Source: Treponemataceae bacterium (GTDB lineage: Bacteria; Spirochaetota; Spirochaetia; Treponematales; Rectinemataceae). Taken from it: 64,000 nt of DNA. The translations under genes and the position numbers were made by a program. Location of the stretch: assembly GCA_963677895.2 (NCBI GenBank), contig CAXXGJ010000017.1:1-64000 (forward strand), written 5' to 3'. Shown piece by piece: positions 19,791 through 28,081 of the stretch. The notes under the pieces were generated by a model that was not told the DNA's origin, did not search any database, and was given only the letters and a program-made list of their open reading frames with translations. Every line of letters begins with the position of its first letter. Within the stretch, counting starts at the first letter, position 1.

Positions 19791-21188
19791 ATGAAAAACA
19801 AAAGAGACAGCGTCTCTTCGTCGCAATACCGCCCAAAGCCTTTCCTTACCATTCTCGACGGCAAGCCCACCTCGGCAGGCAGGGAGCGCCGCTCCGGTCA
19901 TCATCCATCCAAATCCATATTCCAGAAAAGCGGCATAAAATTCCAGTCCTACGCGAACGAAGGCCTGAAAAATGTCGCCGCCAGGGGAAAAGCCGGTTTC
20001 AAAGCGACAGCCAGGACCCTGATCGACCTTCCCAAGTCCATATTCTCGCCCAAGGCGATAAAAGTGCCAGCCCCCGCCGATGAGCGGACGGAAGCTCAGG
20101 TCAAAGCCGGTGGACAGATAGCCGACGGGCAGATAGCTAGCGGGCAGGTAGCCGTCGAACCGAAAGCCAGCCAAATCGAAGCCAGCTCCCTTCTCAAAAA
20201 CATCCACGCATTCTCGATGAAGCTGGGAAAATTCCGCCCGGATAGCGGCCATGCGCGAAAGATAGTCCTCGCCGTTCTCATCGCCGCGATCGTCATCTCG
20301 GCCGGAGCCGCGGCCATCATCGGCGCCACGAGTTTCCCCGTTTCGCCGGGGAGTCTCATACTGCCCGACGAGGAATCGGCCCAAGCCGCGCTGATGGCCT
20401 ATCTCGAACCGGATTCGGCGGACAAGGACGCCCTTCAGTCGGGAGCCCTCCCCCCCATCCCCGTCTCGGTGAATATTAAATCCTATACGGTCAGAAGCGG
20501 CGACACCGTCGAAAGGATCGCGAAACGGTTCGGCCTCAGACAAGACACAGTGATTTCGGCCAATAATCTCCAGAGCGCCAGCTCGATCCGTCCGGGGCTG
20601 CAGCTCAGGATACCGAACATGGATGGCGTCAGCCATAAGGTGCGAAGCGGGGAAAGCCTTCTCTATCTCGCTAAGACCTATGCCATAGACGTAACCCGCA
20701 TCGTGGACGCCAACGACTTGGCGAGCGGCATGATCAATACCGGCCAGAGTCTTTTCATTCCCAACGCGAGGCTGTCGTCGGCTACCCTGCGCAACTTCTA
20801 TGGGGAACTCTTCATCTGGCCGGCCAGAGGCCGCATCTCTTCTTCCTTCGGATACAGGGCCAATCCCTTCACAGGCCTGAGAACCTATCATTCGGCCATC
20901 GATATCGTCGTATCGCTGGGAACCAGGGTAAAAGCGACCAACGCTGGAACCGTCGCCGACACCGGCTACAACTCCGTGTTCGGCAACTATGTCATCCTGA
21001 AACATGCGAGCGGATATCAGTCGCTGTACGCGCACTTGAGCCAAATCTCCGTCAAGGAAGGATCCTCCATCGCGCAGGGCACCACTATCGGGTTATCGGG
21101 CAACACCGGGCAGAGCACCGGACCCCACCTGCACTTCAGCATATTCAAGAACGGCCAGGCTCTCGATCCCACGAAGTACGTGAAGTGA
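19791..21188 (+). CDS. Membrane-anchored 2xLysM + M23 peptidase
   Basis: YTVRSGDTV and HKVRSGESL LysM; HSAID and TGPHLHF M23 motifs; start uncertain (19770 or 19791). Confidence 0.9.
   Translation: MKNKRDSVSSSQYRPKPFLTILDGKPTSAGRERRSGHHPSKSIFQKSGIKFQSYANEGLKNVAARGKAGFKATARTLIDLPKSIFSPKAIKVPAPADERTEAQVKAGGQIADGQIASGQVAVEPKASQIEASSLLKNIHAFSMKLGKFRPDSGHARKIVLAVLIAAIVISAGAAAIIGATSFPVSPGSLILPDEESAQAALMAYLEPDSADKDALQSGALPPIPVSVNIKSYTVRSGDTVERIAKRFGLRQDTVISANNLQSASSIRPGLQLRIPNMDGVSHKVRSGESLLYLAKTYAIDVTRIVDANDLASGMINTGQSLFIPNARLSSATLRNFYGELFIWPARGRISSSFGYRANPFTGLRTYHSAIDIVVSLGTRVKATNAGTVADTGYNSVFGNYVILKHASGYQSLYAHLSQISVKEGSSIAQGTTIGLSGNTGQSTGPHLHFSIFKNGQALDPTKYVK
20112..20156 (+). repeat. In-frame 15-nt tandem repeat x3
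   Basis: ggacagatagccgac/gggcagatagctagc/gggcaggtagccgtc, encoding GQIAD-GQIAS-GQVAV. Confidence 0.7.
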
Positions 21189-21194
21189 TTGCTT

Positions 21195-21248
21195 AGCGGC
21201 CCCAGCGGCTCTAGCGGCTCCGATGGCTCCGATTGCTCTGGTGGCTTG
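21195..21248. repeat. Degenerate 9-nt tandem repeat x6, intergenic
   Basis: agcggcccc agcggctct agcggctcc gatggctcc gattgctct ggtggcttg. Confidence 0.7.
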
Positions 21249-21266
21249 GAAAATCATCCGTCTAAT

Positions 21267-21304
21267 AAAAGATACAGAACCCCTTCGGATTCTGTATCTT
21301 TTTT
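21267..21304 (+). terminator. Intrinsic terminator after the LysM-M23 gene
   Basis: AAAAGATACAGAA / TTCTGTATCTTTT inverted repeat with T tail. Confidence 0.75.
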
Positions 21305-21415
21305 AATATCTTTTCTCATTTTATATCGCGACGGCAGTCTCAAGCAAATAATGATTCGCATCTATTTCTTTCTGTCGATGAATAATAAAAAAATAGCGAA
21401 ATATTTTATGATTTA

Positions 21416-21431
21416 TGGCACGGCGTTTGCT
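21416..21431 (+). promoter_or_regulatory. Sigma54 (-24/-12) promoter
   Basis: TGGCACGGCGTTTGCT matches TGGCAC-N5-TTGCW exactly; AT-rich upstream; AGGAGG SD at 21443. Confidence 0.85.
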
Positions 21432-21455
21432 TTTATAGCTACAGGAGGAAGTGCC

Positions 21456-22289
21456 ATGCCCAACCTTTCCACAAAAGATGAATGCCTCACAAGTTATTTC
21501 AAGTCGATACGAGGGATACGGCTTCTTACGAGGGAAGAAGAAGAATCGTTGTCCTTGAAAATAGCGCATGGTGACCAAGCCGCCCGCAAACGACTCATCG
21601 AAGCCAATCTCAGGCTGGTCGTGCGCATAGCTAGGTCGATGTGGAATCCCTCTCTCACCCTCATCGACCTCATCCAGGAAGGCAATATCGGCCTCATGAA
21701 GGCCGCCGAAAAATTCGACGGCGCCCGGAAGGTAAAATTCTCGACCTACGCCGCGTGGTGGATCCGTCAGTCGATTAGCCGCTCCCTCGTCAATACGGGA
21801 AGGACGATCCGATTGCCCCACCGCAAGGAAGAACTCATAAGAAAAGTCCAGGCCGAGAAGAGCATCATGAGCCAGACGTTGAACAGACAACCCACCTCCA
21901 GGGAGATTTCCGTCAAGCTGGGAATCCCCGAAAGAAAGCTGAACGACGTGCTCGTGTTTTCGGAAAAGGTCGGCAGCTTCGAGTCCCAAGTGGACGAAGA
22001 CACGGTCGATCTGCTCGATATGCACGAGGACTTTACCTACTCGCCCGAGAAGATTTTTGGCGAGCACATGGCGCGCGAACAGACGGTCCAGCTGCTTTCC
22101 GTCCTCCAGGAAAGGGAAAGGAACGTGATCAGCCAACGCTTCGAGATAGGCGGGCGCAGCCGACAGTCGCTCAAGCAGATGGGCCTTGAAATGAAGCTTT
22201 CGCCGGAGACGGTGCGCCACATCGAGAAAAGGGCGCTCAAGAAGCTGCAGACCGAGGCGGCCAAAGGGTACCTCTGCATGATCGCATAG
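21456..22289 (+). CDS. Group 2-type sigma-70 factor lacking region 1.1 (RpoS-like)
   Basis: LLTREEE, LIEANLRLVVRIA, DLIQEGNIGLMKAAEKFD, KFSTYAAWWIRQ, TIRLP, ETVRHIEKRALKKL; 277 aa. Confidence 0.9.
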   Translation: MPNLSTKDECLTSYFKSIRGIRLLTREEEESLSLKIAHGDQAARKRLIEANLRLVVRIARSMWNPSLTLIDLIQEGNIGLMKAAEKFDGARKVKFSTYAAWWIRQSISRSLVNTGRTIRLPHRKEELIRKVQAEKSIMSQTLNRQPTSREISVKLGIPERKLNDVLVFSEKVGSFESQVDEDTVDLLDMHEDFTYSPEKIFGEHMAREQTVQLLSVLQERERNVISQRFEIGGRSRQSLKQMGLEMKLSPETVRHIEKRALKKLQTEAAKGYLCMIA

Positions 22290-22348
22290 TACAAGGCAGG
22301 AAATTTTGGCTCTGGGCGGGGCCGCCGGATGGCGGCCCCGCCCACGTC

Positions 22349-22377
22349 TTGTCCAAGGTTCACCGCGTGGATACTAT
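22349..22377 (+). promoter_or_regulatory. Putative sigma70 promoter, leaderless
   Basis: TTGTCC-N17-TACTAT-N6-GTG(22384). Confidence 0.55.
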
Positions 22378-22383
22378 GGCAGC

Positions 22384-23511
22384 GTGGCTTCGAAAAAACA
22401 CGGCGGACACAGGACAAAGGCTTCGGGAAGCCGAGGGCGCGGCACATCTTTCATCATCGCTGCACTGGCGATTCTGGCGCTGGCGGTCTGCGTGGCTTTT
22501 ATATCCTACCTGAACAGACCTTCGGAGACGAGAACGACCACGACCACGGCACCCTTCTCGCCGACGACGCTTTGGCCCTATGGACAGCCCGAGTATTCCA
22601 TAGAAGTGCCCGAGGGCTATGAAGCCCTCCTGCCGGACAGCCAGGCCCTGCCGGCACCCGAAACTGATGTCGTGGCCGCTCCCGCGCAAAAGCCCCAAAA
22701 CGCGCCCGCAAAAGAACCCATGATAAATGAAAGCCGCCCCGCCTCGCCGCCTAAGGAAAAGGCTAAGCCGTATATACTCACGGTGCGGGAAGAAAGGTTG
22801 AAGGAAGGCCGCAAGCCTACCCTCATCATCGTCATCGATGACGCGGGGTACAACCTGGGACAGCTTCAGCCCTTCCTGACCCTGCCCTTCCCCATTTCGA
22901 TAGCGGTGCTGCCGCAGGTGGACCACAGCGCCGAGGCAGCGAGGCTCGCCGCCGAAGCCGGCAAGGAAGTCCTCCTGCATCAGCCCATGCAGGCTCTGGG
23001 CGGCAACAATCCCGGGCCGGGAGCCATTCTCCTCGGCATGAAGCCCGAGGAAGCCGCCTCCCTCGTGGCCCGGAATCTGGAAAGCCTTCCCCAGGCTGTC
23101 GGCGTGAACAATCATATGGGTTCGGCGGTCACGAGGGACGAAGCGCTCATGGCGGCCACCCTCGACCTTGTCAAAAAGCGTGGCATCTATTATCTTGATT
23201 CTCTCACGGCACCAGGAACTGCCACGGCAGCCCTCTGCCTTGAATTAGCCATACCATATTGGGAGCGTGACGTGTTTCTGGACAACTCTGGCGATAAGCA
23301 ATCGGTACTCCACGCTCTCGATGAGGGCAAGAAGGTCGCCTCGACCAGGGGCGCCGCGGTGCTGATCGGCCATGTCTGGTCGGCCGAACTCGCGCAGACG
23401 CTCATGGACATATATCCTCAGCTCGTCGAAGAAGGTTATTCTTTATCGACCATATCGAAGTATATGATCAGAAGCGCGACGGGAGACGACGATGCTCGTC
23501 CTGGGGATTGA
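22384..23511 (+). CDS. Divergent polysaccharide deacetylase family protein
   Basis: IVIDDAG, LLHQPM, GVNNHMGS, YLDSLT, RDVFLDN, IGH; N-terminal TM and Pro-rich linker. Confidence 0.9.
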   Translation: MASKKHGGHRTKASGSRGRGTSFIIAALAILALAVCVAFISYLNRPSETRTTTTTAPFSPTTLWPYGQPEYSIEVPEGYEALLPDSQALPAPETDVVAAPAQKPQNAPAKEPMINESRPASPPKEKAKPYILTVREERLKEGRKPTLIIVIDDAGYNLGQLQPFLTLPFPISIAVLPQVDHSAEAARLAAEAGKEVLLHQPMQALGGNNPGPGAILLGMKPEEAASLVARNLESLPQAVGVNNHMGSAVTRDEALMAATLDLVKKRGIYYLDSLTAPGTATAALCLELAIPYWERDVFLDNSGDKQSVLHALDEGKKVASTRGAAVLIGHVWSAELAQTLMDIYPQLVEEGYSLSTISKYMIRSATGDDDARPGD

Positions 23512-24520
23512 GTCTTCCTGCGACGAATGCTCGGCGGCCATTGTCGAAGACGGCAGGAAAATTCATTCGAACATAGTCGCGACGCAGATTCCCCTCCATG
23601 CGCAATACCAGGGTGTCGTTCCTGAAATCGCCAGCAGGGCTCATACGCAGTGGATCGAGGGTGTCGTAAGGCAGGCTCTTCGCGAAGCGTCCATCGCGCC
23701 ATCGGGAATCGACGGCGTGGCCGCCACCTTTCAGCCAGGGCTTATAGGCTCCCTCGCCGTGGGTCTGTCTTTCGCCAAAGCCATGTCGTTCGCCCTTGGA
23801 AAGCCTTTCAAGGGCATCAATCACATGCTCGCCCACCTTTATGCCCCCCGCCTTGTCGACGACATCGAATATCCTTTCATCGGGCTTCTGGTATCGGGCG
23901 GCCATTCGATCATCTGCCTGGCCGAGGATTTCGACAGGCTCAGCGTACTGGGGACCACGATAGACGACGCCGCGGGCGAGGCTTTTGATAAAGTCTCGAA
24001 GCACTACGGTTTCGGCTATCCAGGCGGCCAGATCATAGACGAACTCGCCGAGAGGGGAGACGCCGGAGCCTTCAAGTTCCCGACGCCGTCCCTCCACAAG
24101 GGCGACCACCGCTACGACCTTTCCTATTCCGGATTGAAGACCGCCGTCATCCATCATCTCGACAGCTACCGACAGAACGGCGCCGAGACGACTCCCGAAA
24201 ATATCGCCGCTTCGTTCAGAAAGACCGCCATCGACATGCTGCTGTCCAAGCTCCTCCTCGCTGTGGAGGATACGGGGATCCGACGCATCGTCGCGGGGGG
24301 CGGAGTCGCCGCCAACGCCTACCTGCGCCGCCAGCTCGATGCACGAAAGGATCTCGAAATACATTTTCCGCCCCTCGCCCTCTGCGGCGATAACGGCGCC
24401 ATGGTGGCGGGCATCGCCTATCACTACTTCGCGCGCGGGGAAAGCGATGGCCTGGACCTTGCGCCCCAATCGCGCGTACCTATCTACAAACGCGGGGCAA
24501 ACGGAGGCAAAACGTCATGA
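23492..24520 (+). CDS. tsaD: tRNA N6-adenosine threonylcarbamoyltransferase
   Basis: LGIESSCDE, GVVPEIASRAH, HMLAH, VSGGH, DDAAGEAFDK, SGLKT, DNGAM. Confidence 0.97.
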   Translation: MLVLGIESSCDECSAAIVEDGRKIHSNIVATQIPLHAQYQGVVPEIASRAHTQWIEGVVRQALREASIAPSGIDGVAATFQPGLIGSLAVGLSFAKAMSFALGKPFKGINHMLAHLYAPRLVDDIEYPFIGLLVSGGHSIICLAEDFDRLSVLGTTIDDAAGEAFDKVSKHYGFGYPGGQIIDELAERGDAGAFKFPTPSLHKGDHRYDLSYSGLKTAVIHHLDSYRQNGAETTPENIAASFRKTAIDMLLSKLLLAVEDTGIRRIVAGGGVAANAYLRRQLDARKDLEIHFPPLALCGDNGAMVAGIAYHYFARGESDGLDLAPQSRVPIYKRGANGGKTS

Positions 24521-25623
24521 TCGCGCTTGAAAAGGCAGCCCAGACCGTCATCGAACAGTGCCTGGCCATGAAGGCCGGCGAGAAACTCCTCATCGTATCC
24601 AATCCCGGCACCGAACAGGCCATGATCGCCGAGGCCCTGAAGACCGCCGCGGAAAAAACGGGCGCCCTGACGACGCTTCTCTACCAGCCTATCAAGACCC
24701 AAGGGGACTACGCCGAGGATTTCGTCCTCGAGGCGATAGCGTCCAAACCCGATGTCTTCGCCTCGATTTCCACGGAGAAGCTAGGCAAGGACAAATACCG
24801 CATCGCGGCGCCCATGACCGCTCCCGACGGAAAGAAATACGACCATATTTTCCACTATCTGCTTCACGGAACCAAGGAAATGCGCGCCTTCTGGTCGCCA
24901 GGCATGACGGTGGACATGTTCACGCGCACCGTGGCCATCGATTATTCCCAAATGCGCTCGAGGGCGCTCGCCCTCAAGAAGGTTCTCGACGAAGCGGTCG
25001 CGCTCCAGATATCGGCGCCATCGGGCACGGATATTTTCATCGGCGTCGAGAGCAGGAAGACTTTCATCGACGACGGCGATTTCAGGGAGCCCGGCTCGGG
25101 CGGAAACCTTCCCGCAGGGGAAGTCTTCATTTCGCCCGTCGTCAAATCCGCGGAAGGAACCATCGTGTTCGATGGCTCCATCGCCGACATAGCCGGCGAC
25201 ATCATCATCGAAACACCCATATCCTGCGCCGTGTCGGGCGGCTACGTGATGGGCTGCGAAGGCGCCTCCGAGGCCGAACGTCTCGAGAAAGCGCTGCGCG
25301 CCGGCATGGATATGGCTTCATCCCTCGTGAAAAAGGGAGGGATGAGTCCCGAGGAGGCCCTTCGCTACGCCACGAACGCGCGGCATATAGGGGAATTGGG
25401 CATTGGGCTCAATGTCGAAGCCACGATAACCGGGAACATGCTGGAAGACGAAAAGGTCTACGGCACCTGTCATTTCGCCATAGGCTCCAACTATGACGAG
25501 GATGCCCCCGCCATGATTCATCTCGATGGCCTCGTGAAACGGCCGACAATTACCGCGCTCATGCCGGGCGGAAGAGAAATTACCGTCATGAGGAATGGCG
25601 ACCTATTTTCATGCGGTGAATGA
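24517..25623 (+). CDS. M29-family aminopeptidase
   Basis: GNLPAGEVF, IGELGIG, LEDEKVYGTCHFAIG, IHLD. Confidence 0.85.
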   Translation: MIALEKAAQTVIEQCLAMKAGEKLLIVSNPGTEQAMIAEALKTAAEKTGALTTLLYQPIKTQGDYAEDFVLEAIASKPDVFASISTEKLGKDKYRIAAPMTAPDGKKYDHIFHYLLHGTKEMRAFWSPGMTVDMFTRTVAIDYSQMRSRALALKKVLDEAVALQISAPSGTDIFIGVESRKTFIDDGDFREPGSGGNLPAGEVFISPVVKSAEGTIVFDGSIADIAGDIIIETPISCAVSGGYVMGCEGASEAERLEKALRAGMDMASSLVKKGGMSPEEALRYATNARHIGELGIGLNVEATITGNMLEDEKVYGTCHFAIGSNYDEDAPAMIHLDGLVKRPTITALMPGGREITVMRNGDLFSCGE

Positions 25624-25642
25624 ATAAGCTATACTCTCTGTC

Positions 25643-27226
25643 ATGGAAAACAAGAAAGCTATGCATTGGGCGGACCAGACCGCCGAAAAGATAATCGCCG
25701 AGTGGGGCGATAAGGAAAGCTACACCTGCGCGTCGGGCATCACGCCGTCCGGAACCGTGCACGTCGGCAATTTCAGGGAGATGATCTCGGTAGAGCTCGT
25801 CGTGAGAGCCCTCCGCGACAGGGGCAAGAAAGTCCGCTTCATCTACAGCTGGGACGATTACGATGTGTTCAGGAAAGTGCCCCTCAACATGCCCCAGCCC
25901 GAAATGCTCGAAAAATACCTCCGTTTCCCCATCACCATGGTTCCCGATCCCTGGGGCAGGAACGAATCCTACGCCCGCCACCACGAGGTGGACGTGGAAT
26001 CCGTGCTTCCCGCGGTCGGCATCTACCCTGAATTCCTCTATCAGGCCGAGCGCTACCGCTCGGGGCTCTACGCCGAGGGCATGAAGCGCGCGCTCGAGAT
26101 GCGCGAACATCTCAAGACCATTCTCGACAAGTACCGCGACGACGACCACAAGATCCAGGGCGAATGGTGGCCGGTATCCGTCTTCTGCTCGGCATGCGAC
26201 AAGGACACGACGGAGATCGACGGCTGGGACGGCGACTGGGGTCTCACCTACCACTGCGACTGCGGCCACAAGGAAACGGGCGACCTCCGGACGCTAAAGG
26301 GAGCCAAGCTCGTGTGGCGCGTGGACTGGCCTATGCGCTGGAACCAGGAACACGTGGATTTCGAACCCGCCGGCAAGGATCATCATTCCCAGGGCGGCTC
26401 CTTCGACACATCGAAGCATGTCGTCGAGGATGTCTACGGCCGAAAGCCACCCGTCACCTTCCGTTACGACTTCATCGGCATCAAGGGTTCGCCGGGGAAG
26501 ATGTCCTCGTCGAAGGGCAAGGTGGTCGATCTGCCCGATCTGCTCAGGGTCTATCAGCCCGAACTCGTGCGCTATCTCTTCGCCGGAACCCGCCCGAACA
26601 CCGAATTCGTCATCAGCTTCGATCTGGACGTGATCAAGATTTACGAGGATTACGACAAGACCGAACGCATTTACTGGGGCGCGGAAAAAGCGAAGGACGA
26701 GGACTCCGAGGCCAGGGAGAGGCGAATCTACGAACTGTCCCAGGTAGGCGCCGTGCCCGCCGAGGCTCCCTACCAGGTACCTTTCAGGCACCTGACCAGC
26801 CTGCTTCTCATCCATCAGGGCGACGTCGATCAGGTTCTGGCCTCCCTTCCCGGCATTAAGCCTTCCCAGGAGGAAGGAATTCGCCGCAGAGCGGCCTGCG
26901 CCTGGTATTGGGTCAACGAATGCTCCCCCGAGGATTTCCGCTTCAGCGTGAAGAATCCCGGCGAGAAGGTCGAACTCTCGGAAGTCGAGCTCTCCGCCGT
27001 AAGGCATCTTCGCGACGATGTAGTCTCCAGACTGGAAAGCTTCGCCGACGAGAAGGCGGTGGCCGCGGCCATCTACGACGCGGCGACGGCGGCGGGCACC
27101 GACGGCAAGACTTTGTTCAAGGCAGCCTATCAGGCTCTCGTCGGCAAGGACCAGGGTCCCCGGCTCGCGGGATTCCTCGGGACGCTGGGCAAGGAAAAGG
27201 TCATGTCGATTCTGGCTATTTACTGA
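25643..27226 (+). CDS. lysS: Lysine--tRNA ligase, class I
   Basis: HWAD, SGITPSGTVHVGN, WRVDWPMRW, EPAGKDH, KMSSSKG, GPRL. Confidence 0.97.
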   Translation: MENKKAMHWADQTAEKIIAEWGDKESYTCASGITPSGTVHVGNFREMISVELVVRALRDRGKKVRFIYSWDDYDVFRKVPLNMPQPEMLEKYLRFPITMVPDPWGRNESYARHHEVDVESVLPAVGIYPEFLYQAERYRSGLYAEGMKRALEMREHLKTILDKYRDDDHKIQGEWWPVSVFCSACDKDTTEIDGWDGDWGLTYHCDCGHKETGDLRTLKGAKLVWRVDWPMRWNQEHVDFEPAGKDHHSQGGSFDTSKHVVEDVYGRKPPVTFRYDFIGIKGSPGKMSSSKGKVVDLPDLLRVYQPELVRYLFAGTRPNTEFVISFDLDVIKIYEDYDKTERIYWGAEKAKDEDSEARERRIYELSQVGAVPAEAPYQVPFRHLTSLLLIHQGDVDQVLASLPGIKPSQEEGIRRRAACAWYWVNECSPEDFRFSVKNPGEKVELSEVELSAVRHLRDDVVSRLESFADEKAVAAAIYDAATAAGTDGKTLFKAAYQALVGKDQGPRLAGFLGTLGKEKVMSILAIY

Positions 27227-27247
27227 AAACCGAATTGTACAAAATAG

Positions 27248-27278
27248 AAAAGACGGCCGTCATGGCCGTCTTTTTTTT
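27248..27278 (+). terminator. Intrinsic, probably bidirectional terminator
   Basis: AAAAGACGGCC-GTCAT-GGCCGTCTTTTTTTT. Confidence 0.85.
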
Positions 27279-27301
27279 ATGCGGTTATCGGCGCCGGGAG
27301 T

Positions 27302-28073
27302 TCAGCGCCAGTCCTTCAGCATGGAGGCGACGCTCCTGCGCATTTCGGCGCTGTAATCGGCCGCGAATTTGCGGGCATACAGGGACTGGCCTACGTTTTC
27401 GGCGCCGTTTTGAGGGACGAAGTTCCCGTAGCCCGGGCCTGTATACAAGGACATCAGCTCTTCGTCCGACGGCAAGGCGTAATGGTTTTTCTCGGACCAC
27501 CAGTTCCCGGGGCGGGCGCGCCGGCTGGGGCCTATGGATCTGCTGCTCCGTCGGGTACCCGAAGCAGAGCATCGTGATTGGAAAGGTGTATCGCGGCAGG
27601 CAGAGCAGGTCGCGGTGTATTTCCCAGTTCTCCATGACATCGCCGATGTAGCAGGAGCCGAGGCCGAGACTTTCGGCCGCGCAGACCGCCGTCTGCGCGG
27701 CGATGAGGGCGTCGCAGCAGGCGAGAAGCAGGTCGGACTCCTGGGGCGAAAGAAAGGGTTTCCCCTCGCGCAGGCATGTATCGCCCACGCCGCTCTTTTC
27801 GAAAAAGGCCATCATCCTCGCGTAGTCCGCCAGGAAAATCAGAACCCAGGGCGCTCGGGCGATGAAAGGCTGGTCGTCGCAGGTTACCGCGAGCCTCTCT
27901 TTCAGGGCTTGATCTTCGATGTCCAGGATCGTGTACAGCATCAAGTTGCCCGCCGTGGGAGCCCTGAGCGTGGCCGCCACGATCTTGTCCTTGATTTCCC
28001 CGGGAATAGGCCTGCCGTCGTAAGCCCTCACGGAGCGCCTCTCCAAAAACACTTTCGAAAAATCCATATTCAT
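27302..28073 (-). pseudogene. Nitroreductase (NfsA/Frp-like) with an apparent +1 frameshift near the 3' end
   Basis: RRSVRAY, APTAGN, AAESLGLGSCYIG, LCFGYP; protein-like C-terminus (NHYALPSDEE...RKFAADYSAEMRRSVASMLKDWR) lies in another frame past the T5 run at 27486-27490; may be an assembly error. Confidence 0.7.
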
Positions 28074-28081
28074 CTCCGCGG

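Noticed and set aside
19677..21044. Long N-terminal extension of the signal peptidase ORF (605 aa)
   Set aside because: Antisense to the LysM-M23 gene; a TTG start with GGAGG at 19676 explains the real gene.
25643..27226. Class I LysRS as an archaeal transfer novelty
   Set aside because: Well known in spirochaetes; useful only as a taxonomic clue.
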